Shown piece after piece: positions 63,149 through 64,000 of a stretch of 64,000 nucleotides of DNA. The notes beneath the pieces are model-generated. The model was not told the origin of the DNA. It searched no databases and saw only the letters and a list, made by a program, of their open reading frames with translations. Origin of the DNA: Asterias rubens. Lineage: Eukaryota. The translations under genes were made by a program, and so were the position numbers. The stretch is taken from positions 8,990,001-9,054,000 of the forward strand of contig NC_047073.1 in assembly GCF_902459465.1 (NCBI RefSeq), written 5' to 3'. Positions within the stretch are counted from its first letter, which is position 1, and the number at the start of each line of letters is the position of its first letter.

Positions 63149-64000
63149 CTGTGAAGGGAAAACAAAAAATAAACTCAAGTGACAACATAATTATTGATAA
63201 ATCTGGAATACAATTCCAATATTTACTTTTAACAACATTTGTAGTATGGAACTAAAACTTTCACATTTACATCTACAAAGGCCTGTTTTGCTTCATGGAA
63301 GCATTGCAGGCAATTGGGTGATCTCCATGGGGCCAACTTCATAACACATGTAAGCAGACTTTTTAACTTACGGAGTGGCCTTTAGCAATTTTTATTTCAC
63401 CAACTGCACTGCAGTAAACATAAAAGCAAGCTAGGCATACTTACTGTATTTGTTGTTACACCATGGAATAAGGAAGGGCACCACAGTGGCAAATTGTTTT
63501 AGTTTTAGGAACACCATGAAAAAAGTAAGGGACCATGGCAAAAAGCAAGAGGCACCATGGCAAAAGGCAAGATGCAAATTAGAACAAAAGCTTCTCATAG
63601 GGGCACGATAGAAAAAGGAAAGGGTATCACAGAAAAAAGCAAGGGGCACCATGGAACAAAGCTTCTTATCAAGGGCACCTTAGGAACGAAAAACCACCAT
63701 GGCAACTACATGTACATGTTCTGTTGGATTGCATACTTGATTAAACTACAAGATGTACGCTGATTTTCACTGTCCTATTTTCATTCCGTTGGTGACAATC
63801 TGTGCTGGATCAAACATCTGCCTTGTGAGGAACAGTAATTAGCACCCTCAGGGCACACTGTACTACATACAATATGCAAACATAGTGACAAGACAAACCC
63901 TCGCTGTTTGAATAACGTGTCCTAGATGCAGTCGGGTAGATAATGCCAGACAAGTTCTTACATGGTTCTATACACAAGACACGCACATGCTGGAGGCAGC

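Noticed and set aside
63149-64000. Search for the first LMBRD2 coding exon
   Set aside because: No matching frame or donor found; the region is intronic with degenerate GGCACCATGG repeats, so the exon lies outside the window.

Overview
Eukaryotic, AT-rich animal genomic DNA with spliced genes, MITEs, SINEs and one 419-N assembly gap at 26250-26668. The repeat style suggests a sea-star-like echinoderm; this is inference and was not verified. Two spliced protein-coding genes lie on the minus strand, both reconstructed by hand with GT-AG introns and consistent codon phases. (1) The 5' part of an LDL-receptor-family gene that is VLDLR-like in repeat sequence and exon layout: a signal-peptide exon at 9827-9899 and LDLa exons at 9201-9311, 3611-3733, 366-485 and <1-245, continuing off the left edge. 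(2) Eleven exons of LMBRD2 (52253-63148); its first coding exon lies beyond the right edge. The ~42 kb between them holds no recognisable intact gene. It is filled with TTAA-flanked (Kolobok/T2-like) MITEs, Harbinger-like MITEs, foldback elements, tRNA-derived SINEs and L2-like LINE tails, often nested. The most interesting hidden signal is a set of dispersed, degenerate minimal type-I hammerhead-ribozyme motifs (57428, 21164, 16452, 38039, possibly 14480) in short repeats, resembling Penelope/retrozyme-type elements; none is intact. Other notable items: a spacer-less ~570-bp MITE palindrome, a foldback MITE carrying two further insertions, candidate SREBP/NF-Y/CRE modules upstream of the lipoprotein receptor, and the LMBRD2 stop codon sitting inside a tandem-repeat unit. 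No prokaryotic system, CRISPR array or intact transposase was found.
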